Numbered from the stretch's first letter, positions 10,125 to 20,918 are shown. The stretch is DNA of 50,906 nucleotides from a virus (IMGVR_UViG_3300005253_000221:1-50906), one strand, 5' to 3'. Numbers and translations are program-made. Notes: a model not told the origin generated them from the sequence alone.

Positions 10125-13100
10125 ATGCCTACACTCGACGAACTCAACACAGAGCTTGGGCTGGGACAGGGTGGTCCGTCGCGCAGTTCGTTCTTAGACG
10201 ACAGACCAGACCCGATCTTGAAGCTCAACGACGAACTCGGGTTAACGAACCAGCCCATGTCTGACAAGGCGTGGTACCAGAGGTTCGGCGGGGAAGTTCA
10301 GAAGGGATTCAAAGCGGGCAAGCACCAGGCCAAAGCGTCATTCATGGACGCGTCATTGAACCGGGGAGTAGGTGCCTTTGGCATCCTCCCCACCATGGCG
10401 CTGAAGAAGTTGTCACCCACGTTCAAGAAGTACACAGACGCCGGTTCGCTGGCAGCCAAGCTGGAAGCCAAGAAAGCGGAGGATCCCGAGCTGCAGCGTG
10501 ACCCGACATCGGGGGCATGGGGATGGGTAGGTAGTGTCCTAGGTCAAGCCGCACCTGCTATGGGTGCGGCGGCTGCGGCTGGCGTATCTGCCGGTCCATT
10601 GGCTGGTATCATGTCCATCGGTATGGTCGAGGGATACGGTGGCTACACAGAGGCGAGGCAGAGGGGCGTGCCCGAGACGCAGGCACGGGTTATAGGCGAT
10701 ATCACAGGTATAATCAACGGGGCACTGGAGGCTCTTCAGTTCCGCGTCGGTGTCAAGCTGGGTAAGAAGGCATTCCAGGCACTGAAGGCCGGGGCTACTG
10801 CCAAAGTGGCGGACAAAGTGGCAGCATCGGGTGGCAAGGGCCTGGCGAAGGAGTTCGCCCTAGGGGGGGCCAAGGAATCTGTGATCGAGGCCCTACAGGA
10901 ACAAGCACCGATGTGGCTACCCATGCTGGCCGGTGCTGGGGCCCCCGAGGACCCGGTCGGAAGGACCGGCGGGTCCGCATTGGCAGGGGCTACGCTTGGG
11001 CTGCTGCCTGGTGGGGTACGTGGCGCTGTCCAGGGACTGAGGTCCAGTGGGAAGGGTAAGAATTTGGGCGCAGCAGAGGGCGACACAGCGGCTCCTGCGG
11101 TGGACAGGGTAAACCAGCCGGTTCCTGAGATCAAGGCCCCCGACGTGGTTGCCCGCCAGGCAGCCGAGGATGCCGCTAAGATGGAGTTCTTCGGGATGGA
11201 GGGGCCATCTGAGGATGCCAAGAGGATCGTGCGGGAAGGCATGGACACACAGACCCTTGCCTCTCACGAGCAGCTAAAGGTTGGTCACGATATACCCAAG
11301 GCCCTGGGAATGACTGACAAGGAGCGACGAGATTTTATGGTGGCAACCACGGGGCAGAAGTCCATGAAGAACATGAACCCCTTCCAGGCCCAGTTGCTCA
11401 ACGACGCATTGTATCTGCTGGCGGACGAGGCTGGTATAGTGGTTGACATGATGCCGTCAGAGAGGATCTTTCAGGACCCTGCACACGCTGGCACTCCGCA
11501 ATTATACAACGCAGAGATACAGGGAGTGACGTTCATAATTGAGCCCGCCGCATTGGGCAAGCAGAAGATGGACCTGGAATTTGGGAAAATGGACCTGGGA
11601 CTGAGGAAGATGCAAGGTGTGATAAATAAGCTGGGCGGCGAGTCGTTACGTTCGCGCATGGCCGCGCGGGCAACGAACAAACCTACCAAGTCAATGGAGA
11701 AGTGGGCTGGGATCATGGATCAGCATGAAGAGGCGCCGGAGTTTCTCAGCCCTGAAGAGGTTGATGTGTTCAACTACTTCAGGACCATGACACGATCCAT
11801 CTTCACTAGGGAGAACGAGACGCGCGAGCGTATGGGCATGGACCCGATACCTTATCGGGCGAGCTACCTGCGACACATTGCTGAGGGACTGGCCGATGAT
11901 GTGCAGAACGGTAAGTACGACATCTCAGAGGAGATCAAGTACTGGTCGACCAAGCAGCCGGGCAAGAAGATATTCAACCCGATGGAAATGCCGCGTGCAG
12001 AATTGGTAAACGGGCTGGTGGCTGACTTCTCGAAGGACGTCATCAAAGCGACCCGGGCCATGATGTGGACCGGGCTTCGAGAGATCCATCTTAACGAGCC
12101 GCTGGCTTTTTTCAAGCAACAGGTAGACTTGCACAAGGCATTCTTGCCAAAGAAGACAAGGGTGTGGATGGAGGAATTCATAGCTACGCAGATCAAGGGA
12201 CAGCAGACAAGAACAGATGAGGAATGGAATGACAGGGTGAAGAAGTCAACGCCTGGCAAGATGATCAATAACATCCTGCACAAGTTTGGGCGTGACCTTG
12301 GCAACAGGCCGCTGACCAGTTTCCTATCGAAGCTGAGTAGACTGCAGATCCATGGCGTGATGGGGTGGCGACCGCGTCAGCTCATACGTAATAAGTTCCA
12401 AGTGTTGCAGAACCTGGCCATATACCGTACGCGGTCAGTGATGAAGAGCTATTTCCACAGTGATGAGACCCTGAAAGGTTTGATGGCAGAGAGCACATTC
12501 CTGCAGACCTACGAGGGATTGGAAGGATTGGACGGTGTGTCACTGAAGAAGTTGGCCGACGCTAATCTCAAGGCATTTCAGTGGACAGCTACGGGAAACG
12601 TAAAGCGAGCCATGAAGGTGGCCTACTATGACGCGCTCGAACTAATCGTCAAACCCAAGTATCAAGAGTACGGGTGGGCCGATCCTCAGCGCACTTACAC
12701 AGAGGAGAAGGGCTTCCTATATGACAGCGAGAAGGCAGTGTTGATAAAAGAGATGGAATTCGGGGCGGGGGTGACGCAGTACCACTACATTCCAATGGCT
12801 ATGCCAGCAGTGTTCCGGTCTAGGGTCCACTTGCCATTCACTAGGCTGCAGTCGTGGTGGATGAATTACTTTTTCAAGTTCGCCCGTGAGGCGATGAATC
12901 GGACGTTCAAGGGAGAGACAGGATACGGCAAGAAAGTACCGTGGAGCAGGCGGGCAGGCATGGCAAGGTATCTGGTTATCGGTGGTGCGATACTAAACAC
13001 CTTTGGCTACGCATCCAGTTATGCTTTTGGTGCGGCACCTACTGGGATACCACCGTTGGCTCAACTGATGCTAGGTATGTACGCCCTCGCATTTTCAGAC

Positions 13101-13322
13101 AACGAGCGCGATGTTAATAATGCAAAGTACAGGATGTATAATGCACTGCTCACGTTCATGCCGGGCTTCATGACCTTTAAGGACTTCAAGAAGTTCTACG
13201 AGACGGGCGATATCTGGCAGCTTATGTTCTATAACAAGGGTCCATTGTTCGGAGAGGGCGGCAGCTTGTCATCGGATGAATCGAGCGAGGGACGAACGAA
13301 GGGCACGCGGAAGAAACCATGA
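10125..13322 (+). CDS. Large internal virion / DNA ejection protein
   Basis: 1065 aa with Gly/Ala-rich hydrophobic N-terminal segments and a helical body. Last large gene of the structural operon, as in podoviruses. Confidence 0.65.
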   Translation: MPTLDELNTELGLGQGGPSRSSFLDDRPDPILKLNDELGLTNQPMSDKAWYQRFGGEVQKGFKAGKHQAKASFMDASLNRGVGAFGILPTMALKKLSPTFKKYTDAGSLAAKLEAKKAEDPELQRDPTSGAWGWVGSVLGQAAPAMGAAAAAGVSAGPLAGIMSIGMVEGYGGYTEARQRGVPETQARVIGDITGIINGALEALQFRVGVKLGKKAFQALKAGATAKVADKVAASGGKGLAKEFALGGAKESVIEALQEQAPMWLPMLAGAGAPEDPVGRTGGSALAGATLGLLPGGVRGAVQGLRSSGKGKNLGAAEGDTAAPAVDRVNQPVPEIKAPDVVARQAAEDAAKMEFFGMEGPSEDAKRIVREGMDTQTLASHEQLKVGHDIPKALGMTDKERRDFMVATTGQKSMKNMNPFQAQLLNDALYLLADEAGIVVDMMPSERIFQDPAHAGTPQLYNAEIQGVTFIIEPAALGKQKMDLEFGKMDLGLRKMQGVINKLGGESLRSRMAARATNKPTKSMEKWAGIMDQHEEAPEFLSPEEVDVFNYFRTMTRSIFTRENETRERMGMDPIPYRASYLRHIAEGLADDVQNGKYDISEEIKYWSTKQPGKKIFNPMEMPRAELVNGLVADFSKDVIKATRAMMWTGLREIHLNEPLAFFKQQVDLHKAFLPKKTRVWMEEFIATQIKGQQTRTDEEWNDRVKKSTPGKMINNILHKFGRDLGNRPLTSFLSKLSRLQIHGVMGWRPRQLIRNKFQVLQNLAIYRTRSVMKSYFHSDETLKGLMAESTFLQTYEGLEGLDGVSLKKLADANLKAFQWTATGNVKRAMKVAYYDALELIVKPKYQEYGWADPQRTYTEEKGFLYDSEKAVLIKEMEFGAGVTQYHYIPMAMPAVFRSRVHLPFTRLQSWWMNYFFKFAREAMNRTFKGETGYGKKVPWSRRAGMARYLVIGGAILNTFGYASSYAFGAAPTGIPPLAQLMLGMYALAFSDNERDVNNAKYRMYNALLTFMPGFMTFKDFKKFYETGDIWQLMFYNKGPLFGEGGSLSSDESSEGRTKGTRKKP

Positions 13323-13447
13323 ATGACCACGACCTACTAATTGAATTGAAGAACGATGTGTTGTGGTTGAAACGATACGTGGGTGCAGTTGGTGTGCCTA
13401 TACTATTAGCGTGTGCAAAGTTTCTCTTATTTACCACGCCTAGCTAA
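13319..13447 (+). CDS. Putative holin-like membrane protein (XhlA-like layout)
   Basis: 42 aa MNDHDLLIELKNDVLWLKRYVGAVGVPILLACAKFLLFTTPS: short coiled coil plus one hydrophobic helix. ATGA overlap with the upstream gene; not in the ORF track. Confidence 0.5.
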   Translation: MNDHDLLIELKNDVLWLKRYVGAVGVPILLACAKFLLFTTPS

Positions 13448-13720
13448 CTGAGCACCCACTTGATAATCTAGCGGCTCGCAATCTCCTTGTTCGATATCGA
13501 ACTCGAAGGTTCGGGCCGCTTTTTTATTTGCCCTGTTCTTGTACGCGTGCATCTTTGCAGTTACATGCTGTACCGGACACAGTAGATACATCCCCTCATA
13601 TCCCCACAGGATGTTGGTCGGCTTGACGTTCATCCTCACTAGGTAATCCATAGAAATACGCTCATTTGGAAACGCGGTTCGTATGAATGTCATCGGTATT
13701 GACATAAGAAATTTCTTCAT
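13427..13720 (-). CDS. Hypothetical protein
   Basis: 97 aa with GGAG RBS; last gene of the leftward operon. Confidence 0.55.
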   Translation of the reverse strand: MKKFLMSIPMTFIRTAFPNERISMDYLVRMNVKPTNILWGYEGMYLLCPVQHVTAKMHAYKNRANKKAARTFEFDIEQGDCEPLDYQVGAQLARRGK

Positions 13721-13731
13721 CTCTCCAGCTC

Positions 13732-13935
13732 CTATTCTCCGTCCCAGTATATAATGCTTTGTTGCTCGGATAAAGGGTCCCGGGGATGTACGGCTAATCC
13801 TCCCTTAACGCAAGTGAGTACCCCATCGATCTCTTGTGTATCTATCCCTGCAGCTTTTACTATGGCGATCAACTTTTCAAGCGAGGGAAATGATTCACCT
13901 TTAAGGTAGTCAACAGTAACAAGCGTGATTTTCAT
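13732..13935 (-). CDS. Hypothetical protein
   Basis: ATG 13935 overlaps the upstream stop (ATGA); GGAG RBS. Confidence 0.55.
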   Translation of the reverse strand: MKITLVTVDYLKGESFPSLEKLIAIVKAAGIDTQEIDGVLTCVKGGLAVHPRDPLSEQQSIIYWDGE

Positions 13936-14150
13936 TTCTCCAGCTCCTGCATGAACCGTTCTATCCATGCTACCTTGGTGTACCAGGCGCCGAGCTTCTT
14001 CTCAGCGTGCAGAAACACCAACCGATTGGTATAGGATCTCTTGCCCTTGATGACCCAGGCTCGTGGTGTACTGGCAGCGACTTTGATGCCGCTCATCTGG
14101 TACACCACACTGGCCACGTCTTTCAGCTTGTACATGGTTTCAAGATTCAT
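13932..14150 (-). CDS. Excisionase/MerR-like HTH protein (DUF1580-like)
   Basis: STPRAWVIKG...VFLHAEKKLGAWYTKVAWIERF matches the DUF1580-type winged HTH pattern as I recall it. AAAGGAG RBS before ATG 14150. Confidence 0.55.
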   Translation of the reverse strand: MNLETMYKLKDVASVVYQMSGIKVAASTPRAWVIKGKRSYTNRLVFLHAEKKLGAWYTKVAWIERFMQELEK

Positions 14151-14208
14151 TGAACTATGCTCCTTTGAGATTATGAAGCCACACCTTCGGCCCCACGCAT
14201 TAGTATAC

Positions 14209-14640
14209 TTATACACGCCCGGCTTCACTGTTGATTCTCCTCCGAGCCTTGGCCCGGTTCATGGCATACTGCCGCGGATGGTCACCGCCGGACAGGCCAG
14301 TGCGGCTACCTGCCCAGTGTTCCCACGGTATGCCGTCGATGAGGTGACTATAGGCTGCCCCAGCATTGTGGGGATGAATCATTATAATCCATTCCTTCTT
14401 CCTGCCGGTTACGCGAAACAACCACGAAGGGCCGGGGTGGTGGCCGCATACCTCATTGAAGTGACCGAGGCATTCCACCTCTCCTTCCTCCATCAACCTG
14501 TCCACTACTAGGAGTGGACAGGTCTGAAGCATGTCAAGTAGATCTTCTCTACCCAGGAAGTGTCTCATCGTTACACCCCGCCATACAGCAACTGCATCAT
14601 TATGATACCCAACATGGAAAGCATTGCGATTATCCACCAA
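14209..14640 (-). CDS. Hypothetical protein
   Basis: 143 aa ORF in the operon; start uncertain. Confidence 0.45.
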   Translation of the reverse strand: MVDNRNAFHVGYHNDAVAVWRGVTMRHFLGREDLLDMLQTCPLLVVDRLMEEGEVECLGHFNEVCGHHPGPSWLFRVTGRKKEWIIMIHPHNAGAAYSHLIDGIPWEHWAGSRTGLSGGDHPRQYAMNRAKARRRINSEAGRV

Positions 14641-14656
14641 TCAAAATACTTCATGA

Positions 14657-16987
14657 TTACTCCAGTAAATTATTAATGGCCCACTCATTCAGCTTGACGC
14701 CAGTGAGTATAGTGACGCGCCTATGATTATTGTCTTTGAAAGATTTCTCAGCGTGGGGCACATGCCCCAATAGCCATTTAGCAAACTGCTCTGGTTGAAA
14801 CGCCTTGCGTCCGCTGTTTTTGCACCAGGTACACCAGGCGCTGAACAGATTGTTAAGCTCCTCATGTTCATGTGGATTCACCACGCAGCACTCATCAGTA
14901 AACGACGAGACTGGAGACGCTATTGTTCTGAACTGATCCATGACCGGCTTGGATGATGGCGGGTCAGTGAACTTGCGATTGGCGCGCAAACGTCGCAGCC
15001 CTTCCAAGGCATAGTTTATGAGCGATCCGGTCTCTGCCTCTCTGACTACCTCCTGTTTTATAAGGGGGTCACTGTCGTAAACATGGCCACGCGGGAAGTT
15101 GAGTATCAAGAGTCTTGACTCCATAGCCCGTGAGTGGTCAAGGAAAGCGGGCAGTTCATTCATCGCCATACAAAACCGAATCATCAACTGTACCCGTGGT
15201 GAAATAGCTATGCCTTTACGATTGACAGGTACAGAGTCACCACCCGCCACCTGCAACATAAGCTCAAGAGCCTTGCTCAGGATCTTGGCCTGCGGATTTC
15301 GTACGTCTCCGAACATGCAAGCTAACTTACCGACCAGTGGCTCAAGGCCAAAGGAACCAGTAAGTTGCTCTAGGGTCATGGCGCTACAGTTCTCCTTGCC
15401 CATCATGCCTGCCCACATGTCAAGTATGGTTCCCTTGCCAGATCGAGGAGCACCATGCAACAGCATTATCTTCTCGAAACCGATATCGGTTGTCATCATG
15501 TAGCCTATCCACTCCCACACCAAGCTCACACTCTCTGAGTCATCGAACGTCTCAGACATGAAGTCTTCAACGAACTCGGACCTAGCGTCTGGGTCAAAGT
15601 CATAAGGGCAACAGGTCAATGAGAATAACTCGGGCGACGGCAGATGTAGCGTGACCCTACCATGATTTACATAGTCGTCTATGTCCAGGGCGCCGTTGTT
15701 GAACATGATGAGGTTGTTAGGTGGTATACCGTTGCTGCCGGGTACCCACACTGGAGGGTCATGTGTCACGAGGCACCATTTATTGAAGGTGGCTATAATG
15801 TCCCCAACTTTAGATCGTTGAGCTTTGTATGGCAATACCTTCTCCCCACCGTTTGGGTCTCTGTGTATATACTGCTTCCCGGTGAGAAATTTATACAGCT
15901 CGCCGTGTAGAACATCCGAGGACAGCCACGCATAATGCTTGCCGTTCCATTCGTACCAGTCCTTGTTATACAGGCGCAGTGACAATGACCCGCCCTTGTT
16001 GAACTCCTCTTTAAGGAATCGACTGGCAATGTCCAGGGCCTGGTCACTATCCAGTATGTGGTCGCCTACCCCGTCATCTACCAGGCCGTGTTCCTCCACG
16101 TAGGTCAAGAATTCTTCCCTAGTCAGACCACCAGTTACCCACTCACGCATGTCCTTAACACCCTCCGGTGGATATACTCGTGTAACCTTGCACATCTCAC
16201 GCAGAGCAACGTATGTGCTGTCCATGCCATCCTTGCCCGGGTGTTGCCGCTGCCCTTTCTTGTTGAACCCAGCATCATTTTCACCGATGAGGTACACCGC
16301 ACGACCAGTTAACGGCATGTCCTTCAGCATTTGGTTACCCGCTATGTTGCCGGGCTTACCAATTGCATTGAGCCCTATGCTCATAGCAGCTGCAGTATCA
16401 GAGAATCCTTCGACAATCAAGATCGGCTGATCATCTTCTATCTTCATCACATGATTGAAGCCGCCGAGATTTCGTTCCTTGTCAAGTATATGTAGCCATC
16501 CCAGAGAAAACTGACGTTTGCTCTTGTTAGTGATACACATCACAGCTGGCGGGCTGTCCGGGTCATCCCTGCTGACCATGCACCCCTTTTTCTTTCCGCA
16601 TAGAGGGCAGCCGTCCTTGTTGCTGGGATAGTCTCGATCATCCACGCGCATCCATCCATGGTTGCCGGGATTGTACCGTTTCACTGTCTGATTGCTGTCA
16701 GTATTAAATGCGTAGTAGAGACCATGCTTAGAGCCTGTCACACAGAACTTCTGTCCATTCTGGAACCGCCGCATTAGACCTACAACTTCACCCTTGGCGT
16801 TGCGTTCAGGCAGTATCCACGCATTCTCAGTATGGGGCTCGCCGTTCTTCATGCTGACAGGGAGGTATCCGACGTCTAGTGTTTCGAGAGGCGTGGCGAT
16901 GATGCCAAGCTCCTCCGCAAAGGCGCGGTACAAGCCCGACGTCATGTTGTCTCGGCATGCCTCAAATAATTGAGTAAGGGTTTTCAT
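14657..16987 (-). CDS. Primase-helicase (Zn finger + Toprim + D5/SF3 helicase, P4 alpha-like)
   Basis: CPLCGKKKGC, Toprim IVEGFSD and GEND, Walker A GAPRSGKGT, SF3 motif C MAMNELP, C-terminal winged helix. Confidence 0.9.
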   Translation of the reverse strand: MKTLTQLFEACRDNMTSGLYRAFAEELGIIATPLETLDVGYLPVSMKNGEPHTENAWILPERNAKGEVVGLMRRFQNGQKFCVTGSKHGLYYAFNTDSNQTVKRYNPGNHGWMRVDDRDYPSNKDGCPLCGKKKGCMVSRDDPDSPPAVMCITNKSKRQFSLGWLHILDKERNLGGFNHVMKIEDDQPILIVEGFSDTAAAMSIGLNAIGKPGNIAGNQMLKDMPLTGRAVYLIGENDAGFNKKGQRQHPGKDGMDSTYVALREMCKVTRVYPPEGVKDMREWVTGGLTREEFLTYVEEHGLVDDGVGDHILDSDQALDIASRFLKEEFNKGGSLSLRLYNKDWYEWNGKHYAWLSSDVLHGELYKFLTGKQYIHRDPNGGEKVLPYKAQRSKVGDIIATFNKWCLVTHDPPVWVPGSNGIPPNNLIMFNNGALDIDDYVNHGRVTLHLPSPELFSLTCCPYDFDPDARSEFVEDFMSETFDDSESVSLVWEWIGYMMTTDIGFEKIMLLHGAPRSGKGTILDMWAGMMGKENCSAMTLEQLTGSFGLEPLVGKLACMFGDVRNPQAKILSKALELMLQVAGGDSVPVNRKGIAISPRVQLMIRFCMAMNELPAFLDHSRAMESRLLILNFPRGHVYDSDPLIKQEVVREAETGSLINYALEGLRRLRANRKFTDPPSSKPVMDQFRTIASPVSSFTDECCVVNPHEHEELNNLFSAWCTWCKNSGRKAFQPEQFAKWLLGHVPHAEKSFKDNNHRRVTILTGVKLNEWAINNLLE

Positions 16988-17070
16988 GTTGCACCGTAAA
17001 AGTTATGGGTGAGATGGTCAGATCGCACACGTCTGACGATTTTACGGCTACACCTCACCCATTGTTGCAG

Positions 17071-18012
17071 TTAACTAGCGGACTGGATCTCGGCGATGGT
17101 GCGTACTGCTATCTCACCCCACTGCTCATCCGTGAAGGCGTTGTCGTCGAAGTCTTCTCTGCCTATTACTGCGACCTCTACGTCGTAAAGAATCTTCTCG
17201 GCTACTGTATCGTCCATGTCTGCTGCAGCCTGAGCCACACAAATCGCGGACCAGGCAGTTTCACCGTCAAGGGGAGAGAATGTTACTACTGTCTTGTCCT
17301 TCGCACCAGGACGAGGTCTAGCCGGCGGTGTTCCCCCCTCTTTGTCAGACTTATCCTTGTCATCTTTCTCCTTGGCGTCGCGATTTTTCTTGGCCTTGGC
17401 TGCCATGTTGATCTGCTTCTGTTCTTTGCTAACTACGACTGGTTCCTTGGGTGCCGGCTCTTGCTGTTTGAGCCTGGACGGTGCCGCTTTTGCGCTAGCG
17501 GACTTGGCAGCCACTGCCGTACCGCCCCTCTTAAAAACGAGGGCATACTTCTTATCCAAGGCAGCGAGACCACTGTCATCCAGCACGACAACACCCGATC
17601 CCGGGATGGCATCAGCTAGGTCCAACCACTCCACTTTGAACGGATGCTTGTCGGCATAGTCGGGGTTATTATTCTCTTCAATGCGGACTTGAAACTCGAC
17701 CTCACTTACGTCGATCCGAGCCAGCTCTGAGAAGGAAGGTCCCTCCCATCCGAAAATCTTGGCGATCTGTTTGCAGATGCGCAGCTCTTGATCCTTCTTG
17801 CCACGCAGGCAGAAGAAACCAGAGTGTGACTCATCCATCTCAGTATAGTCTTCCCACTCTTCAGTGTCGGGGTTCCACTTTGCGTGGATGATGAAATCTA
17901 GGAAATACTGGGGCAGGCCAGTACTTGACTCGGCGACACCCCATTCAGTGGCCCTAGCCTTATAGGTTCCGTCGCTTGATAGTTTTTCAGGCATTTTTTT
18001 TGATCCTTTCAC
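17071..18012 (-). CDS. Putative ssDNA-binding protein (DUF669-like OB fold with Lys-rich linker)
   Basis: GTYKARATEWGV N-terminus; adjacent to the Sak4-like ATPase and nuclease. Confidence 0.55.
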   Translation of the reverse strand: MKGSKKMPEKLSSDGTYKARATEWGVAESSTGLPQYFLDFIIHAKWNPDTEEWEDYTEMDESHSGFFCLRGKKDQELRICKQIAKIFGWEGPSFSELARIDVSEVEFQVRIEENNNPDYADKHPFKVEWLDLADAIPGSGVVVLDDSGLAALDKKYALVFKRGGTAVAAKSASAKAAPSRLKQQEPAPKEPVVVSKEQKQINMAAKAKKNRDAKEKDDKDKSDKEGGTPPARPRPGAKDKTVVTFSPLDGETAWSAICVAQAAADMDDTVAEKILYDVEVAVIGREDFDDNAFTDEQWGEIAVRTIAEIQSAS

Positions 18013-18412
18013 ATTTGAAACATTTCATGTCATTGGGTAGCCAAACGCCACACTTGGGGCACGGCGCAAGGTCATCTTGTAGTTCACTCAGATTATCACC
18101 ACCCGCTGCTTCTTTCTCAGCCAGCTTATTGACCACTGACACAGGTGGCTCTACCACAACCTGATTGATCTCGATGGTTTCGGGTACTAGCCCGGCCAGT
18201 TTATCGGCCAGGGCCTTGACACCAGTAACATACGACTGATCATCGGCTTCCACTAACCCGGCCTCTAAGTGGCGCTCGGCTATGTGCAAGCCCATGATAG
18301 TCTGTGTTGCTTCCTTGGCAATGTTCTGCAAGACAACATCACCGTGGCACCTCTTCAGTTTCAGCCCACTCTTGCACGGACACGGTTCATTGCGGCCTAT
18401 CTTATTCGTCAC
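17987..18412 (-). CDS. SEC-C motif zinc-binding protein
   Basis: KIGRNEPCPCKSGLKLKRCHG at the N-terminus and CPKC...CFKC at the C-terminus. GTG 18412 with GGAG RBS. Confidence 0.7.
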   Translation of the reverse strand: MTNKIGRNEPCPCKSGLKLKRCHGDVVLQNIAKEATQTIMGLHIAERHLEAGLVEADDQSYVTGVKALADKLAGLVPETIEINQVVVEPPVSVVNKLAEKEAAGGDNLSELQDDLAPCPKCGVWLPNDMKCFKCERIKKNA

Positions 18413-19262
18413 TATAATACTCCGGGAACAATAGTCTCCATATCGAATCGTCACTCTCCTCTGCGAACGCAACAACCGGGTACCCTTTCAGCAGCCGCCC
18501 TCGGGACTTGGCCTGATAAGAGAACTCCGGTTGTGTGAACAGGGCACGGGTACCTGATGTAACGCCGATCTTGCCTTCGATCTTCACCTGCTCATAGTCC
18601 AGCTTGAATACGAAGTTGGCCCAGGCATTGAATAAGCCGACCACTGGTGCGCTTTGCTTGTCATATAGTTCAGGCTGAGCGTACAGGTAAGAGCCAAAGG
18701 TGGTGTCGATTTTGGTTATATTGACCAACTGGGCCAGCAATACGACGTTCTTGTTCTGTCGCACCAGAACATCAAGGTCACCCTTGAGCAGGTTCATCGC
18801 ATCGTACACATGCTTGTAGCCCTTACCAAAGCCATAGTCTTCGATACTCTCGATCTTCTTACCGTGCTCATGCTTGACATTGGCAATAACGTGCGACTCG
18901 GCCATGCTCTGAACGAAGGTGATGGTGTCGATGATGATATTCTTCTTATTCTCGAACAGCGGGACATCCTGTAGTGCCAGACGTAGATGCTCGAACGTCT
19001 CGATACCGCTTATGATATCGGGTTGTTCACCAGTCAAAGGATTGACCAAGTCGGAAAGCCCTTCATCGGGTTGGATGAACACACAGTCGGGCAGCATACT
19101 AGCCAGCGTTGACTTACCCATGCCCGTCGGAGCGTATACCCCGATCTTCTCGCCGTTGTTCTCCTTGGAGAATTGAGTTATCGAAAAGATGGGTGGTGTC
19201 CTGGCGCCTGGCCTAGGTTTCGGTTTGAACTTTTTCACTGGCTTTCTCCTCATGATTTTCAA
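18402..19262 (-). CDS. Sak4-like AAA ATPase (single-strand annealing recombinase)
   Basis: Walker A APTGMGKST, Walker B IIIDT, YGFGKGY and terminal AKSR motifs. Confidence 0.85.
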   Translation of the reverse strand: MKIMRRKPVKKFKPKPRPGARTPPIFSITQFSKENNGEKIGVYAPTGMGKSTLASMLPDCVFIQPDEGLSDLVNPLTGEQPDIISGIETFEHLRLALQDVPLFENKKNIIIDTITFVQSMAESHVIANVKHEHGKKIESIEDYGFGKGYKHVYDAMNLLKGDLDVLVRQNKNVVLLAQLVNITKIDTTFGSYLYAQPELYDKQSAPVVGLFNAWANFVFKLDYEQVKIEGKIGVTSGTRALFTQPEFSYQAKSRGRLLKGYPVVAFAEESDDSIWRLLFPEYYSDE

Positions 19263-19425
19263 CTCTACTTACAAGTTCCATGAACGCTTCGTTCATCTCG
19301 TCCATATGCGTGCCTAATTCCTCAGCCATATTCCCAGTTATTATCCCCATCCTTTCTAGGACGTGGTGGGTACGAAGAACTATGTCAAAGAAACGATCAA
19401 ATTTATTCTCCTCCGGATACATCAT
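19213..19425 (-). CDS. Hypothetical protein
   Basis: About 70 aa, overlapping both neighbours. Confidence 0.45.
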   Translation of the reverse strand: MMYPEENKFDRFFDIVLRTHHVLERMGIITGNMAEELGTHMDEMNEAFMELVSRVENHEEKASEKVQTET

Positions 19426-20692
19426 CGTCTTTCTCCCATTTACACTCGAATCCATCGAGTATGTTGTCACTTGTAATCGGTTCCCTGTGCCAACAGTAGG
19501 CAATCATGGGACAGGTGTATGTACCCTTGGGTTTACACGCCCGCTCGTCTTGCCACCAGTGGTCGGTACGTCTCAAGTCTAGTATGACCCTGTAGATGGA
19601 GAACAGCTGGCCCTCGAACGCGGCCATGTCATCGATCGTCCTACTGATCTCACGCCTAGCAAAGTATTTGTCCGGGTCTGCGGTGATGTCACCGAATACT
19701 CGTGCACCGTACAGTACCTCGTTTTCATAAATAGCATTGTCGTCTCCATTGACGTTGGGCACCAGCGTCACAGGTACGCCATCTATCCTGGGCATATCAT
19801 TCTCAATGGGGCGGAGGAATCTCTTTGGCTTTCCCTTCCCTTTGACTTCCTCTACAATTTTCAGGCCCGCGATGCTAACACCTTCCCCGACGTACTCTTC
19901 GTCTTCCAATATTCTCTTGCTCTCAGCCATACTGAGCTTCTTCATCTTAATACCTGGTTTATGCCACACGTCGTACAATACGGTGGTTGCAATCGGGTCA
20001 TCCTTCTTGATGCCGTATCGTTCAAGTTCACCAGTCTGTTGCAACCTCCACATAGCATAGGGGTACAACAAGGTCTGTGTATCCAGGTCCATGTGGTCCC
20101 AGTACCCGCTGCCGTCGTCTATGGCACTGTCAGTTGACTTGGACTCCAGCACCGCAATAGTCCCGCTCTCCTTGATCCTGATCAACCGGTCAAGTTTTCC
20201 GCGCACTCGTCCGTCGCGGCATGGGCTACCTGTCTCCGGGTCAAGGATCTTTATGTCAAAGGGAACCTCGGTAGCCAGCACATCGTACTCGGGATTGTTC
20301 ACATCCCAGTGCCACATATAAGCAGCGATGGACATGTACAACTTGGACTTCATCTGTGCCTGTTTCTCATCCTCGTGAGCCATGGGGTATGACGCTTCGA
20401 GTAGCCTGGACACAACGGTCATGGCGTCGTCGTCTACCTTCCTGGTGCCGCCACATATCAGACAGTTCTCGTTGGTGCCCTCGAACGGAGCACACCGTGG
20501 ACAGTCGTCGCCCTCGTGACTCTCTGCTACCTCAAGCAGTGAACCCCAGTCAGTACCAGCCTGCATTCCCTCCGTGCGCTCGATGGGTATAATGCCCGCT
20601 ATGTACTTGGCCTTGAATAACATCGGGCACCGCTTGAACGCAGCGATAGCCGACGCGCTTAGGTATATGATCCGCTCATTTCTTTTTGTCAT
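19403..20692 (-). CDS. PD-(D/E)XK exonuclease (Cas4/RecB-like)
   Basis: LSASAI..FKRCP, RGKLDRL, VLESKS, QTLLY and C-terminal Cys residues. Confidence 0.85.
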   Translation of the reverse strand: MTKRNERIIYLSASAIAAFKRCPMLFKAKYIAGIIPIERTEGMQAGTDWGSLLEVAESHEGDDCPRCAPFEGTNENCLICGGTRKVDDDAMTVVSRLLEASYPMAHEDEKQAQMKSKLYMSIAAYMWHWDVNNPEYDVLATEVPFDIKILDPETGSPCRDGRVRGKLDRLIRIKESGTIAVLESKSTDSAIDDGSGYWDHMDLDTQTLLYPYAMWRLQQTGELERYGIKKDDPIATTVLYDVWHKPGIKMKKLSMAESKRILEDEEYVGEGVSIAGLKIVEEVKGKGKPKRFLRPIENDMPRIDGVPVTLVPNVNGDDNAIYENEVLYGARVFGDITADPDKYFARREISRTIDDMAAFEGQLFSIYRVILDLRRTDHWWQDERACKPKGTYTCPMIAYCWHREPITSDNILDGFECKWEKDDDVSGGE

Positions 20693-20693
20693 G

Positions 20694-20918
20694 TTACTCC
20701 ACTTTCACAGAAGTTACCTCGATGTGCGCGGTCACCCCATGTATCACCTTGAATGATTTCTCGGGGGTATGGGCAGTATACGATGTACCCCGCAATGCCA
20801 CCATGTCTTCGACATATCCATCCCGTATAAGCTTGGCTACCGCATCGTTTATCTTACTGGTCTCATATTGAGTAGCACAGGCTCCATTCTCATTTCTGGT
20901 TATCAGAAAAAACTTCAT
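20694..20918 (-). CDS. Hypothetical protein
   Basis: 74 aa, translationally coupled. Confidence 0.5.
   Translation of the reverse strand: MKFFLITRNENGACATQYETSKINDAVAKLIRDGYVEDMVALRGTSYTAHTPEKSFKVIHGVTAHIEVTSVKVE

Noticed and set aside
19403-20692. Cas4-like nuclease as part of a CRISPR system
   Set aside because: No repeat-spacer array or other cas genes; it sits in the usual Sak4/SSB recombination module.
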